Assembly (NCBI GenBank): GCA_017468465.1
Contig: JAFUIN010000009.1
Location: forward strand, 7,113 to 71,112
Source: Clostridia bacterium
Lineage (GTDB): Bacteria > Bacillota > Clostridia > UMGS1840
Direction of reading: 5' to 3'
Length of the DNA: 64,000 nt
Each line of letters starts with the position of its first letter. Positions within the stretch are counted from its first letter, which is position 1. The notes below the pieces were generated by a model. That model saw nothing but the letters and a program-made list of their open reading frames with translations, did not search any database and was not told where the DNA came from. This document shows positions 1 to 8,029 of this stretch, piece by piece. The position numbers and the translations under genes are program-made.

Positions 1-710
1 AGGTGAGGCCGGAATTTTTGGAAATGTTTCTGGTGGTCATTCAATTTGGTTCCATTCTGGCGGTTTTGGTGCTGTATTTCCATAAGCTCAATCCCTTTTC
101 TCCCAGAAAAACGGCTACCGAAAAAACACAAACCCTGCATCTTTGGGGGAAGGTTATTGTGGGTGTTTTGCCTGCTGCTGTAATCGGACTGTTGTTTGAC
201 GATTTGTTAAATGATATCTTTTACAATCCCGTAACGGTGACCGTGACCTTGATTTTATACGGCGTGTTATTCATTCTTTTAGAAAACCGAAACAAAAAAG
301 TATTACCTAAAATCAACAACCTGACCGAGCTTTCCTATAAAACCGTATTATCTATCGGCTTGTTTCAGCTGTTGTCTCTGATTCCCGGCACGTCCCGCTC
401 CGGCTCGACGATTTTGGGAGCGATGTTGATTGGCTCTTCCCGGTTTGTTGCAGCAGAATATTCTTTCTTTCTGGCAATTCCCGTGATGTGCGGCGCCAGT
501 CTTTTGAAGGTGCTGAAATTTTTGATGGAAAGCACCCTGTTGGGCAGTGAAATTGTGATTCTTGCCATTGGTATGGTTGTGGCATTTTTGGTATCTGTTT
601 TTGCCATTAAATTCTTGATGGGATACATCAAAAAGCACGATTTCAAAGCCTTTGGCTATTATCGGATTATCCTTGGTGTCATTGTTGCACTTTACTTTAT
701 TTTTCGTTAA
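1..710 (+). CDS. uppP: Undecaprenyl-diphosphate phosphatase (UppP/BacA), 5'-truncated by the window edge
   Basis: ORF 3..710 is a polytopic membrane protein with the UppP motif [10 protein letters not shown]. About 40 N-terminal residues expected for the family are missing at the window start. Confidence 0.9.
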   Translation, partial: VRPEFLEMFLVVIQFGSILAVLVLYFHKLNPFSPRKTATEKTQTLHLWGKVIVGVLPAAVIGLLFDDLLNDIFYNPVTVTVTLILYGVLFILLENRNKKVLPKINNLTELSYKTVLSIGLFQLLSLIPGTSRSGSTILGAMLIGSSRFVAAEYSFFLAIPVMCGASLLKVLKFLMESTLLGSEIVILAIGMVVAFLVSVFAIKFLMGYIKKHDFKAFGYYRIILGVIVALYFIFR

Positions 711-726
711 AATTTTGTAACAAAGG

Positions 727-759
727 TCTGCACAAAATGTTTTTTTGTGCAGATTTTTT
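727..759 (+). terminator. Intrinsic terminator after uppP
   Basis: Stem tctgcacaaaa / tttttgtgcaga is followed by a T-run (754-759), directly downstream of the uppP stop. Confidence 0.6.
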
Positions 760-866
760 GGTTTTTTAGCGGCACAACAAAAAAAGTTTTCGGCTGAAAT
801 CCCTTGAAAACACTGGCTTTCCACAGAAATTCCACAGGAGACGAAAAAACTGTAAATGTTTTGTAA

Positions 867-895
867 TTGTATTGTAATACATTCTATGTTATACT
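867..895 (+). promoter_or_regulatory. Candidate sigma-A promoter with extended -10
   Basis: TTGTAT (867-872), 17-nt spacer, TGtTATACT (887-895), about 60 nt upstream of the 958 start codon. Confidence 0.4.
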
Positions 896-957
896 ATTGT
901 TGCAGAAGGAATAGTGTGCCCTTTGCGGTGAGTAAAAAAAGAAGGAGGTTTTTGCAA

Positions 958-1407
958 ATGAAATGGAAAATTTTATGTTTGGTTTCTGTGCTTATTTGTA
1001 TGTTTACAGTAGGCTCGTTTGCTGCGCCTGCTTCTGTAACGTCGGGAGACTACGGTTCGGTTGGTTACATCACTGTCACCAATCCCGACAAAAACTATTC
1101 CACTACCTACAGTAAATCTGTTACCGTTTCCGGTTATGCTGCGTCCGGTGCCACTGTTTATGTGTATGTGTTTGACGGAGAGTCCTATAAACCTTACTAT
1201 CAGGACGGAAACCCGTTGAGCGTTTCGGTTGGTGCTTCCGGAATGTTTGCTATTCCTGTAAATTTATCTTCCGGTAAAAATTTATTTTTGCTCCGTGCGG
1301 AATCCGGCGGTGCATATCAGAATACAACCTTTGAAGTCAACCTGCTCAGCTCTTCCATGTTCAGCTTGATAGACCGGTTGAAGTCCTTAACTTTCGGCTG
1401 GAAATAG
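958..1407 (+). CDS. Secreted hypothetical protein with a predicted beta-rich (Ig-like) fold
   Basis: ATG at 958 is preceded by GAAGGAGG. The N-terminal signal peptide is MKWKILCLVSVLICMFTVGSFAAPA. The upstream part of ORF 856..1407 lacks an RBS. Confidence 0.6.
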   Translation: MKWKILCLVSVLICMFTVGSFAAPASVTSGDYGSVGYITVTNPDKNYSTTYSKSVTVSGYAASGATVYVYVFDGESYKPYYQDGNPLSVSVGASGMFAIPVNLSSGKNLFLLRAESGGAYQNTTFEVNLLSSSMFSLIDRLKSLTFGWK

Positions 1408-1426
1408 TTAAGGGAGTGAGGTTCAT

Positions 1427-2785
1427 TTGAAAAAAGAATTTTTCAAAACAGTAGTCTTGACCTTTTTGGTAATTTCCTCATTGGTTTTGTCTGCTAATAT
1501 TTGGTATGAGAAAGAATTATGGTCTATGGACTATAGTTCTTTTGTGTATTCTTTGAAAAATATTCTGCGCAGAGATTCGGTGTCGAATTTTTCCGACATT
1601 GACGAATTGATGCGTCTTTGTAAATTTTCGCCGGAGTTTGTTTCCTTTACTTACGGCTCCAAAAAAATGGTTTTATATGATGCGTCTCCCGGATTTTCTG
1701 AGGCGTATCAGACGGCGTCGGAAATTCTTGCCTCCTTGGAAAAAGAGGGGGGGATGGTCTCTATTACCGACGAGGAATACTTAAACGCATACAAAACCAA
1801 CAGTATGATGCTTAAGTTTCCGTCTGATATCAGTCTGCAGGAACTGATGAATCGGGATGACGCTTTTTTTGATTTAACAAAAGAGGCAAAAGTGTCTGCC
1901 TTGGTGGTTGGCATTGACGATTCTCAAACAAACTATCTTTCGTTTCGTGACACTGCAACCGGTCATGCCTATCGGATGCCGGTTAAAAGCAGCGTGAACA
2001 TTGAGGGCATCCGTCAGAAAATCGAAGCCTCCAACCAGAACGCCTCCTTCGCATTTGAGCTGAATTTTGACAGAAAGCAGGATGATGCGGAGCGCATTTT
2101 GTTTCAGCGGCTTGTGCCCATTACCCTTGGAGACCATTCTTTACGGGACATTGAGCTGAAGCCGATTACCTATTCTTCTCAATACGACAGCATTTTTAAG
2201 ACGTTTCGCATTGTAAAAAATTCGGCAAGAACCTACCGCGACAAAGAAAATACCATTCATTTTATAGAGAACCGCTCCACTTTGAAAATTTTTGAAAGCG
2301 GTGCATTTTCGTTTGAAGCAGATGAAAAAGAATCGGGCATTCAGCTAAATGGCAGAGCCGAGGAGGATGCGGTGGTTGAATTTGTCAACTTGCTGTATCA
2401 GAACCTGGCACCGGAAAGCGAAGCTTTTCTGGCTGTTTCATCGAAGCAGGCAACCGGAGCCGGCACCTGTTATGAGTTTGAGTATCGAACCAAAAACGGT
2501 GTCATCCATGGGAAGGATCAGCCGTTTCTTAGCGTCACCGTCGAAGATGGGGCGATTATGAAGTTTGCGCAGCAGCTTTATTCGGTAGCATTTACCGGCG
2601 GGACAGAGACCATTACCGGTGTGATTGAAGCCTATGACTTTTTGTATAATCAGCCGGACTTTCCGGAAAAAAGCAAGCTTTCCATTCAAAGCATGCAGCC
2701 TTGCCATATTTTAACTGAGGGTGTGTTAAAATGCGGTTGGGCTTGTAAGTTTTCGGATGGCTCGCTGTCTTATTTTATTCCGTAA
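1427..2785 (+). CDS. YycH-like membrane-anchored regulatory protein
   Basis: TTG start after AGGGAG. The N-terminus MKKEFFKTVVLTFLVISSLVLSANIW resembles the YycH anchor and opening motif. Size (452 aa) and pairing with a YycI-like gene fit the family. Confidence 0.55.
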   Translation: MKKEFFKTVVLTFLVISSLVLSANIWYEKELWSMDYSSFVYSLKNILRRDSVSNFSDIDELMRLCKFSPEFVSFTYGSKKMVLYDASPGFSEAYQTASEILASLEKEGGMVSITDEEYLNAYKTNSMMLKFPSDISLQELMNRDDAFFDLTKEAKVSALVVGIDDSQTNYLSFRDTATGHAYRMPVKSSVNIEGIRQKIEASNQNASFAFELNFDRKQDDAERILFQRLVPITLGDHSLRDIELKPITYSSQYDSIFKTFRIVKNSARTYRDKENTIHFIENRSTLKIFESGAFSFEADEKESGIQLNGRAEEDAVVEFVNLLYQNLAPESEAFLAVSSKQATGAGTCYEFEYRTKNGVIHGKDQPFLSVTVEDGAIMKFAQQLYSVAFTGGTETITGVIEAYDFLYNQPDFPEKSKLSIQSMQPCHILTEGVLKCGWACKFSDGSLSYFIP

Positions 2786-2815
2786 GCAGTTGAAAAAAGA
2801 AAGGAGTGACGACGG

Positions 2816-3658
2816 ATGCAATGGCAGAAAGCAAAAACAATTCTGATTGTGGTGTTTTTACTGATCAATCTTTTTTTGCTGTACTATTTACTTCCCAACC
2901 GACACACTGACAGCCGTCAGACACTCCAGTATCTGACCGATGCGTTGGCAAAAAATGAAATTCACTTGCGCATGGACACCTTGCCTGAAACCAAAGACAG
3001 CATCTTTGTGCCGGAGTTTTCGGTGCCGTTGCTTACAGAAAAACAGATAGAAAAATTGATTGTCTCTCCCGTCAAAAACGAAAACGGGTATACAAACAGC
3101 GACAACACAGTGAAGCTGGAATTTAAGAGCAACGAATTTTCCTATGAAAACTCCGCATTGGAAAACAAGAAATTCCGCAATGTTACCGTGAAAAACGTGG
3201 TGTCAAAATTGGAACCGTATGTAAAAGCATTAGGGGTGGAAGAATATGTGTACCCCGTGGATATCTTGGAAATTCAAGACGAAATTGTGGTAGAATATGC
3301 TTACCGCATTGAAAACAGAAAGCTTTTTGATTCCCGCTTGCGGTTCACTGTTACCAAAAACGGCATTCGTCGCATTCGGGGGCATCTTTCTGTGCCCGAC
3401 AGCAAGAACGGATTTTCTTACAGCCTGTCCCGACTGGAAACCATTTTGATGAGTCTGGCACAAAAGAAAGAGGAGGCTATTACTATTACCAACATTGAAC
3501 TGGGATATTATTTTTTAAGCTATACCGATGCGATGGTATCTCAGGCAATTCCGGTGTATCGCATCACTACCCAAAGCGGAGATATTTTAATGGATGCCAG
3601 AGATGGTGTGGAAACCGAAGAACGAATTCTTTCCCGTAGCGGTGCAGGAGGAAACTGA
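2816..3658 (+). CDS. YycI-like membrane-anchored regulatory protein
   Basis: N-terminus MQWQKAKTILIVVFLLINLFLLYYL closely resembles the YycI opening (M-W-K-K-I-FI-FL-N-FL). It is 280 aa and lies immediately after the YycH-like gene. Confidence 0.55.
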   Translation: MQWQKAKTILIVVFLLINLFLLYYLLPNRHTDSRQTLQYLTDALAKNEIHLRMDTLPETKDSIFVPEFSVPLLTEKQIEKLIVSPVKNENGYTNSDNTVKLEFKSNEFSYENSALENKKFRNVTVKNVVSKLEPYVKALGVEEYVYPVDILEIQDEIVVEYAYRIENRKLFDSRLRFTVTKNGIRRIRGHLSVPDSKNGFSYSLSRLETILMSLAQKKEEAITITNIELGYYFLSYTDAMVSQAIPVYRITTQSGDILMDARDGVETEERILSRSGAGGN

Positions 3659-6144
3659 TGAAAAAGTTTTTACTTATAGATGCCAACAGTATCTTAAACA
3701 GAGCCTTTTATGCCATTCGTCCCCTAACCAATAAGGAGGGGCTTCATACCAATGGCATTTTTGGCTTTCTGAATATTTTCTTAAAAGAGCTTGCCGACGA
3801 AAAGCCCGACTATGTTGCCTGCTGTTTCGATGTGTCACGAGTGACGTTTCGAACCGGACTTTACAGCGAATATAAAGGCACCAGAAAAGAAACACCACCG
3901 GAATTAAGAGAGCAGTTTGCACCGCTCAAAGAGCTTCTTTCGGCAATGAACATTCCGGTTTTAGAAAAAGAAAACTATGAGGCAGACGATTTAATCGGAA
4001 CGCTGTCACTTGCTTGCAGCAACAACAAAATTGAGTGTCTCATTTTAACCGGTGACAAAGACGATTTGCAGCTTGTGGATGAGTATGTTAATGTAAAGTT
4101 GATTATCACCCGCATGGGAAAAACCGAAACCACCCGTATGGATATTGCCGCAGTGGCAGAAAAATATGATGGTCTTCTCCCCAAAGAGCTCATTGAGCTG
4201 AAAGCTATTATGGGAGATAAGTCGGATAACATTCCCGGTGTGGCAGGCATTGGCGAGGTTGGCGGCTTAAAACTGATTTCGGAATATAAAGCCCTGGAAA
4301 ATTTGTATGAAAATATTGATTCGGTGAAAGAAAGCCTCAAAAAGAAGCTTCTTGCCGACAGGGAAAACGCCTTTTTGTCCCGTACGTTGGGCACCATTTG
4401 CCGTGATGTTCCCATAGAAACCGGTCCCGAGCATTATGCTGTGCTGCCTTATGATATTCCGAAACTGAAGGAAGTGTTGACACGGTTGGAGTTTGCGGGC
4501 TTTTTGTCCCGTTTGACCGGAGAAAACGGCGCAAGTGCAGCGAAAGAAGAAATTGTGATTGGTGAAGCGGAAGCGTTCTTCAAAAATTGGGAGGGGAACA
4601 CTCTTTACTATCTTCCTTTTGAGGATTTCTTTTATGTTGCCTTAAAAGACTCGGTTTACCGTGTCGAAAAAGAAGATCAGCGGTTTTTGCAGCTTCTTAC
4701 TTCAAAAGACATTCAAAAAATTACGACTGGTGTAAAAAAGCAACTGCATGACGGAGTTTCTTTTTGCGGTCAGGTTCGGGATATCGGCTTAACTGCTTAT
4801 GTATGTAACCCTAAATTCAACGACGGGGACCTTTCAAAAATTTATCTTCATTTTCTGGAGCAAGCGGCAGACAGCGTAGATGCTTACACAAAATATCTGC
4901 CAAAGCTTGCCGATAAGCTTGTGGAAAAAGTGGAAGAGGATCATCTTTTTTATATTGACGAAATGGAACACCGGCTCCTTTTTGTGCTTTTTGAAATGGA
5001 ACAGCACGGGGTCCGGATTGATACCCAAAAATTAGGTGGACTGTCGCACACCTTCCACCAAAAGGCAGAAGAGCTGTCTCAAAAAATCTATCAGGAGGCA
5101 GGCGAACCATTCAATATTTTATCACCCAAGCAGTTGGGAGTGATCTTATTTGAAAAACTGGGGCTTCCCCCGGTGAAGAAAACAAAATCCGGCTATTCTA
5201 CCAATGCAGAGGTGCTGGATAAATTAAGCGGCACCCATAAAATCATTGACTTCATCAAAGAATACCGTCAGGTGACAAAGCTCAGCTCTACTTATGTAGA
5301 CGGCTTTTCCTCCGCCATGGACGAGAAGGGGATTCTTCGCACCACCTATCAGCAAACTATGACACAAACCGGACGTCTTTCTTCCACAGAGCCGAATTTG
5401 CAGAATATTCCTATCCGAACGGAAGAAGGCAGAAAAATCCGTGAAGTGATTCTTCCCAAAAACGACCTGTTTGTTTCTGCCGATTATTCGCAAATTGAGC
5501 TTCGTGTGCTGGCACACATTTCGGGAGACGAAAATCTCATTCAGGCTTTTCTGGACGGGGAAGACATCCATACCATTACTGCGAAACGCCTCTTTGGCGT
5601 GTTGGAAGCAACTGCAGACCACCGTCGCGCGGCAAAAGCGGTGAATTTTGGCTTGATATACGGAAAGGGCGCCTTTTCTTTGGCGAAGGATCTGGGCATC
5701 AGCCGATATGAAGCACAAGAATATATTACCCGCTATTTAGGGCAGTATCCCAAGGTGGAGGGCTATATGAAGCAAGTGATTGAAGATGCCACCGAGGATG
5801 GCTACACCAAAACGCTCTATCATCGCCGGAGATATTTTCCGGAGCTTCGGGAATCCAATCATATGGTGAAAGAAGCAGGAAAGCGCGCGGCATTGAACAG
5901 CCCCATTCAGGGAACTGCTGCAGATATTATCAAACTGGCGATGCTTCGGGTTTACGAAGAATTGAAGCCCTATAAAAGCAAGCTTTCTTTGCAGATTCAC
6001 GATGAATTGGTCATTGATTGTGTGGCAGAAGAAAAAGATGCAGTCAAAGCACTTTTGAAGCGGTGTATGGAAAATGCGGTTAATCTGGCGGTTCCGCTGA
6101 CTGTATCAATTTCCGAGGGAGAAAATTTGGACGCTTGTAAATAA
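3658..6144 (+). CDS. polA: DNA polymerase I
   Basis: 828 aa with an N-terminal 5'-3' exonuclease domain and family-A polymerase motifs DYSQIELR, KAVNFGLIYG and QIHDEL. The ATGA start overlaps the upstream stop. Confidence 0.95.
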   Translation: MKKFLLIDANSILNRAFYAIRPLTNKEGLHTNGIFGFLNIFLKELADEKPDYVACCFDVSRVTFRTGLYSEYKGTRKETPPELREQFAPLKELLSAMNIPVLEKENYEADDLIGTLSLACSNNKIECLILTGDKDDLQLVDEYVNVKLIITRMGKTETTRMDIAAVAEKYDGLLPKELIELKAIMGDKSDNIPGVAGIGEVGGLKLISEYKALENLYENIDSVKESLKKKLLADRENAFLSRTLGTICRDVPIETGPEHYAVLPYDIPKLKEVLTRLEFAGFLSRLTGENGASAAKEEIVIGEAEAFFKNWEGNTLYYLPFEDFFYVALKDSVYRVEKEDQRFLQLLTSKDIQKITTGVKKQLHDGVSFCGQVRDIGLTAYVCNPKFNDGDLSKIYLHFLEQAADSVDAYTKYLPKLADKLVEKVEEDHLFYIDEMEHRLLFVLFEMEQHGVRIDTQKLGGLSHTFHQKAEELSQKIYQEAGEPFNILSPKQLGVILFEKLGLPPVKKTKSGYSTNAEVLDKLSGTHKIIDFIKEYRQVTKLSSTYVDGFSSAMDEKGILRTTYQQTMTQTGRLSSTEPNLQNIPIRTEEGRKIREVILPKNDLFVSADYSQIELRVLAHISGDENLIQAFLDGEDIHTITAKRLFGVLEATADHRRAAKAVNFGLIYGKGAFSLAKDLGISRYEAQEYITRYLGQYPKVEGYMKQVIEDATEDGYTKTLYHRRRYFPELRESNHMVKEAGKRAALNSPIQGTAADIIKLAMLRVYEELKPYKSKLSLQIHDELVIDCVAEEKDAVKALLKRCMENAVNLAVPLTVSISEGENLDACK

Positions 6145-6148
6145 GGGG

Positions 6149-6291
6149 ATGTTCATTTTCTTTGGTGTCAAAGAAAACGAACCAAAAGAAATCACCGCTT
6201 GGAATTTTTGCAATCCCGAACATCCGTCTTTCTGAAACGGTAGCGAATTGCAAAAATAACGGCGGAAATTTTTAGATATTCCGTTCGATGA
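6149..6291 (+). repeat. Copy A of a ~143-bp intergenic repeat
   Basis: Roughly 90% identical by eye to 6466..6608. Contains hairpins tttctttg-gtgt-caaagaaa and atttttgcaat / attgcaaaaat. Confidence 0.85.
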
Positions 6292-6465
6292 CGGAAAAAA
6301 GGTATTCCGAACCCTGACAGAGAGGACTGCTGTATGGTGTTCCCTAAACGTATGATAGAACAGCCGTGCGGCGAATGAGCACTCGTTTGAAGGGGGTAAG
6401 GGGATTTTTAAGGGGGCTAGGGGGAAAATCGAAAGTTCCCCCTGGTCCCTTAATATAATGGAATA

Positions 6466-6608
6466 ATGTTCATTTTCTTTGGTGTCAAAGAAAACGAACC
6501 AAAAGAAACCACCGCCCGGAATTTTTGCAATCCCGAACAGCCGTCTTCCTGAAACAGTAGTGAATTGCAAAAATAACGGCGGATTTTTTTAGATATTCCG
6601 TTTGATAG
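6466..6608 (+). repeat. Copy B of the ~143-bp intergenic repeat
   Basis: Direct repeat of 6149..6291, 317 bp downstream, with about 12 substitutions or indels. Confidence 0.85.
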
Positions 6609-6653
6609 CAAGGAAATGGTTGTTTACTTCCAAATATAAAAAATAAAAAATAC

Positions 6654-6682
6654 TTGCAAAATAAAAATTTCTATGATAAGAT
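6654..6682 (+). promoter_or_regulatory. Candidate sigma-A promoter upstream of the foldback leader
   Basis: TTGCAA (6654-6659), 17-nt spacer, TAAGAT (6677-6682). An alternative internal extended -10, TGgTATAAT, lies at 6728-6736. Confidence 0.4.
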
Positions 6683-6842
6683 AGTAGTGCCAAACTAATT
6701 AAATAAACCTAAAGAGCTTTTTATTTATGGTATAATTATGCCATTATAGAGAAAACTCACATGATTGAATTTACATAAAAATGCAAATTCCTTTTATGTG
6801 TGAGTTTTACTCTTTAGGCATAAAATTAGTTTGGCGACTATC
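6680..6842 (+). promoter_or_regulatory. Nested foldback element: structured leader RNA or MITE-like palindrome
   Basis: Paired arms are 6680-6685/6837-6842, 6689-6700/6824-6835, 6708-6716/6810-6818, 6752-6761/6799-6808 and 6767-6776/6781-6790. Confidence 0.45.
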
Positions 6843-6860
6843 GGAGTTTGCGTTTTTTGT

Positions 6861-6887
6861 GCGTCGACTTCGGTTGGCGCATTTTTT
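6861..6887 (+). terminator. Intrinsic terminator (UUCG tetraloop) inside the leader of the Cys-rich gene
   Basis: 8-bp stem gcgtcgac / gttggcgc closed by a ttcg loop, followed by attttttat. It lies 22 nt upstream of the ATG at 6909. Confidence 0.6.
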
Positions 6888-6908
6888 ATTTGGAAAAGAG
6901 GAAGGTAT

Positions 6909-7118
6909 ATGATTATAGACGGCCCCACCGGAATTGAGTTGATTCCCGGAAATCATGGGAAAGACTGCCCCGGAAACGGGGAAAATGGGAATGAATGTTG
7001 CTGTGACGAGTGCAATTATTTATGCTGTTGTCTGGAATATTTCAAACCCCAGGACTGTAATAATTGTCTTACTGAAGTCTGTCCCAGGCATCCGAAAAAT
7101 AACGGCGGAAAATTTTAA
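6909..7118 (+). CDS. Cysteine-rich microprotein (69 aa, 12 Cys), function unknown
   Basis: ATG at 6909 follows AAGAGGAAGG. The sequence is MIIDGPTGIELIPGNHGKDCPGNGENGNECCCDECNYLCCCLEYFKPQDCNNCLTEVCPRHPKNNGGKF. The TTG-extended ORF from 6831 would run through the terminator hairpin. Confidence 0.6.
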   Translation: MIIDGPTGIELIPGNHGKDCPGNGENGNECCCDECNYLCCCLEYFKPQDCNNCLTEVCPRHPKNNGGKF

Positions 7119-7138
7119 GTAGTTCGTTTGATGACAGG
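7095..7138 (+). repeat. Partial copy C of the 143-bp repeat, overlapping the 3' end of the Cys-rich ORF
   Basis: aaaaataacggcggaaa...gatgacagg matches the 3' third of copies A and B (6252-6294, 6569-6608). It encodes the last residues (KNNGGKF) and the stop codon. Confidence 0.7.
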
Positions 7139-7170
7139 GCTATGCTGCAGAGTGTTTTTATGATTCAAAT

Positions 7171-7211
7171 AAAAAAGACGAAATTCAAAGCATAAGAATT
7201 TCGTCTTTTTT
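7171..7211. terminator. Bidirectional intrinsic terminator between the Cys-rich gene and trmB
   Basis: Stem aagacgaaatt / aatttcgtctt is flanked by an A-run and a T-run. Confidence 0.7.
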
Positions 7212-7213
7212 CA

Positions 7214-7843
7214 TTAAAATTTTGCAATCAGCTTTTGAATGGGATATCCCATGGAAGAAAACCGCCGTTCATATTCGGTCATAATGTTTCCTTTTGGGTG
7301 CTCTTTGTGTAAATCAAAGGTAAGAAGCAGCCACTTCATTCCAAATTCCTTGGTTTCCAATAAGGAAAAGCGGAACAAACGCACATTGTCGGTCTTAAAA
7401 TGCAGCTCTCCGTCGGGGACCAGAATTGTTTGGTATTTTTTAAGAAATGTTTTATGAGTCAGCCTTTTTTTGCGGTGACGTCCCTTTGGCCATGGGTCCG
7501 AAAAATTCAGATAAATACGTTCCACACTTCCCTTTGGAAACACTCTGTCAATCAGCTCTGCATCAATATTGGCAAAACGCAGATTGGGAATGCCCTCGGC
7601 TTTGGTTGCCGCAATAGCAATGACATCGGCACATTTTTCAAAGGCAAGATAATTGATGTTTGGATTTTCTTTGGCAAGGGTAGTGATAAAATCACCTTTT
7701 CCGGCACCAATTTCTATATGAACGGGATTTTCATTTCCAAAAATGTTGGAAAACCCTTCAAATTCTTCTGTTTCTAAATTGATGAAAAAATCCTGATATT
7801 CCTCCAGACGTCTGGGGGTATTCTTTTTCTTCCGCAATCGCAT
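7214..7843 (-). CDS. trmB: tRNA (guanine46-N7)-methyltransferase
   Basis: Start MRLRKKK after AGGGAGA. SAM-binding motif EIGAGKGDF and the family motif NFSDPWPKGRHRKKR are present. Confidence 0.9.
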   Translation of the reverse strand: MRLRKKKNTPRRLEEYQDFFINLETEEFEGFSNIFGNENPVHIEIGAGKGDFITTLAKENPNINYLAFEKCADVIAIAATKAEGIPNLRFANIDAELIDRVFPKGSVERIYLNFSDPWPKGRHRKKRLTHKTFLKKYQTILVPDGELHFKTDNVRLFRFSLLETKEFGMKWLLLTFDLHKEHPKGNIMTEYERRFSSMGYPIQKLIAKF

Positions 7844-8029
7844 AGGCGTTCTCCCTTGTTTGTTTTTCATTATTTTAGCATAAAAAATGGGAAAAGACAA
7901 GTAATTTATAGAAAAAAGTATTCCTTTTGCAGATTGTGATGAGTGCAGTCGAAAAGTTTTTGAGTTTTTTCAATGTGTGCGACAGATTGCAACACCTTTT
8001 TCAAAAATGATGTGCTATACTGATAAAAA

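Noticed and set aside
6106-6570. 154-aa minus-strand ORF spanning the polA-downstream spacer
   Set aside because: It overlaps the polA 3' end and is built almost entirely from the two 143-bp repeat copies and the G-rich tract. The translation is low-complexity (PLKIPLPP, FFWFVFFDTKENE). It has no RBS and reads as a repeat artefact.
6149-6608. Diversity-generating retroelement (TR/VR pair), prompted by the Avd-like gene at 32209-32571
   Set aside because: The differences between the two 143-bp copies are T/C, T/G, G/A and C/T changes rather than adenine-specific substitutions. Neither copy lies in a target gene's C-terminus, and no reverse transcriptase is present in the window.
6831-6908. 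TTG-initiated N-terminal extension of the Cys-rich ORF (95-aa version)
   Set aside because: The extension would be translated straight through the UUCG terminator hairpin and has no RBS. The internal ATG at 6909 has a strong AAGAGGAAGG site.
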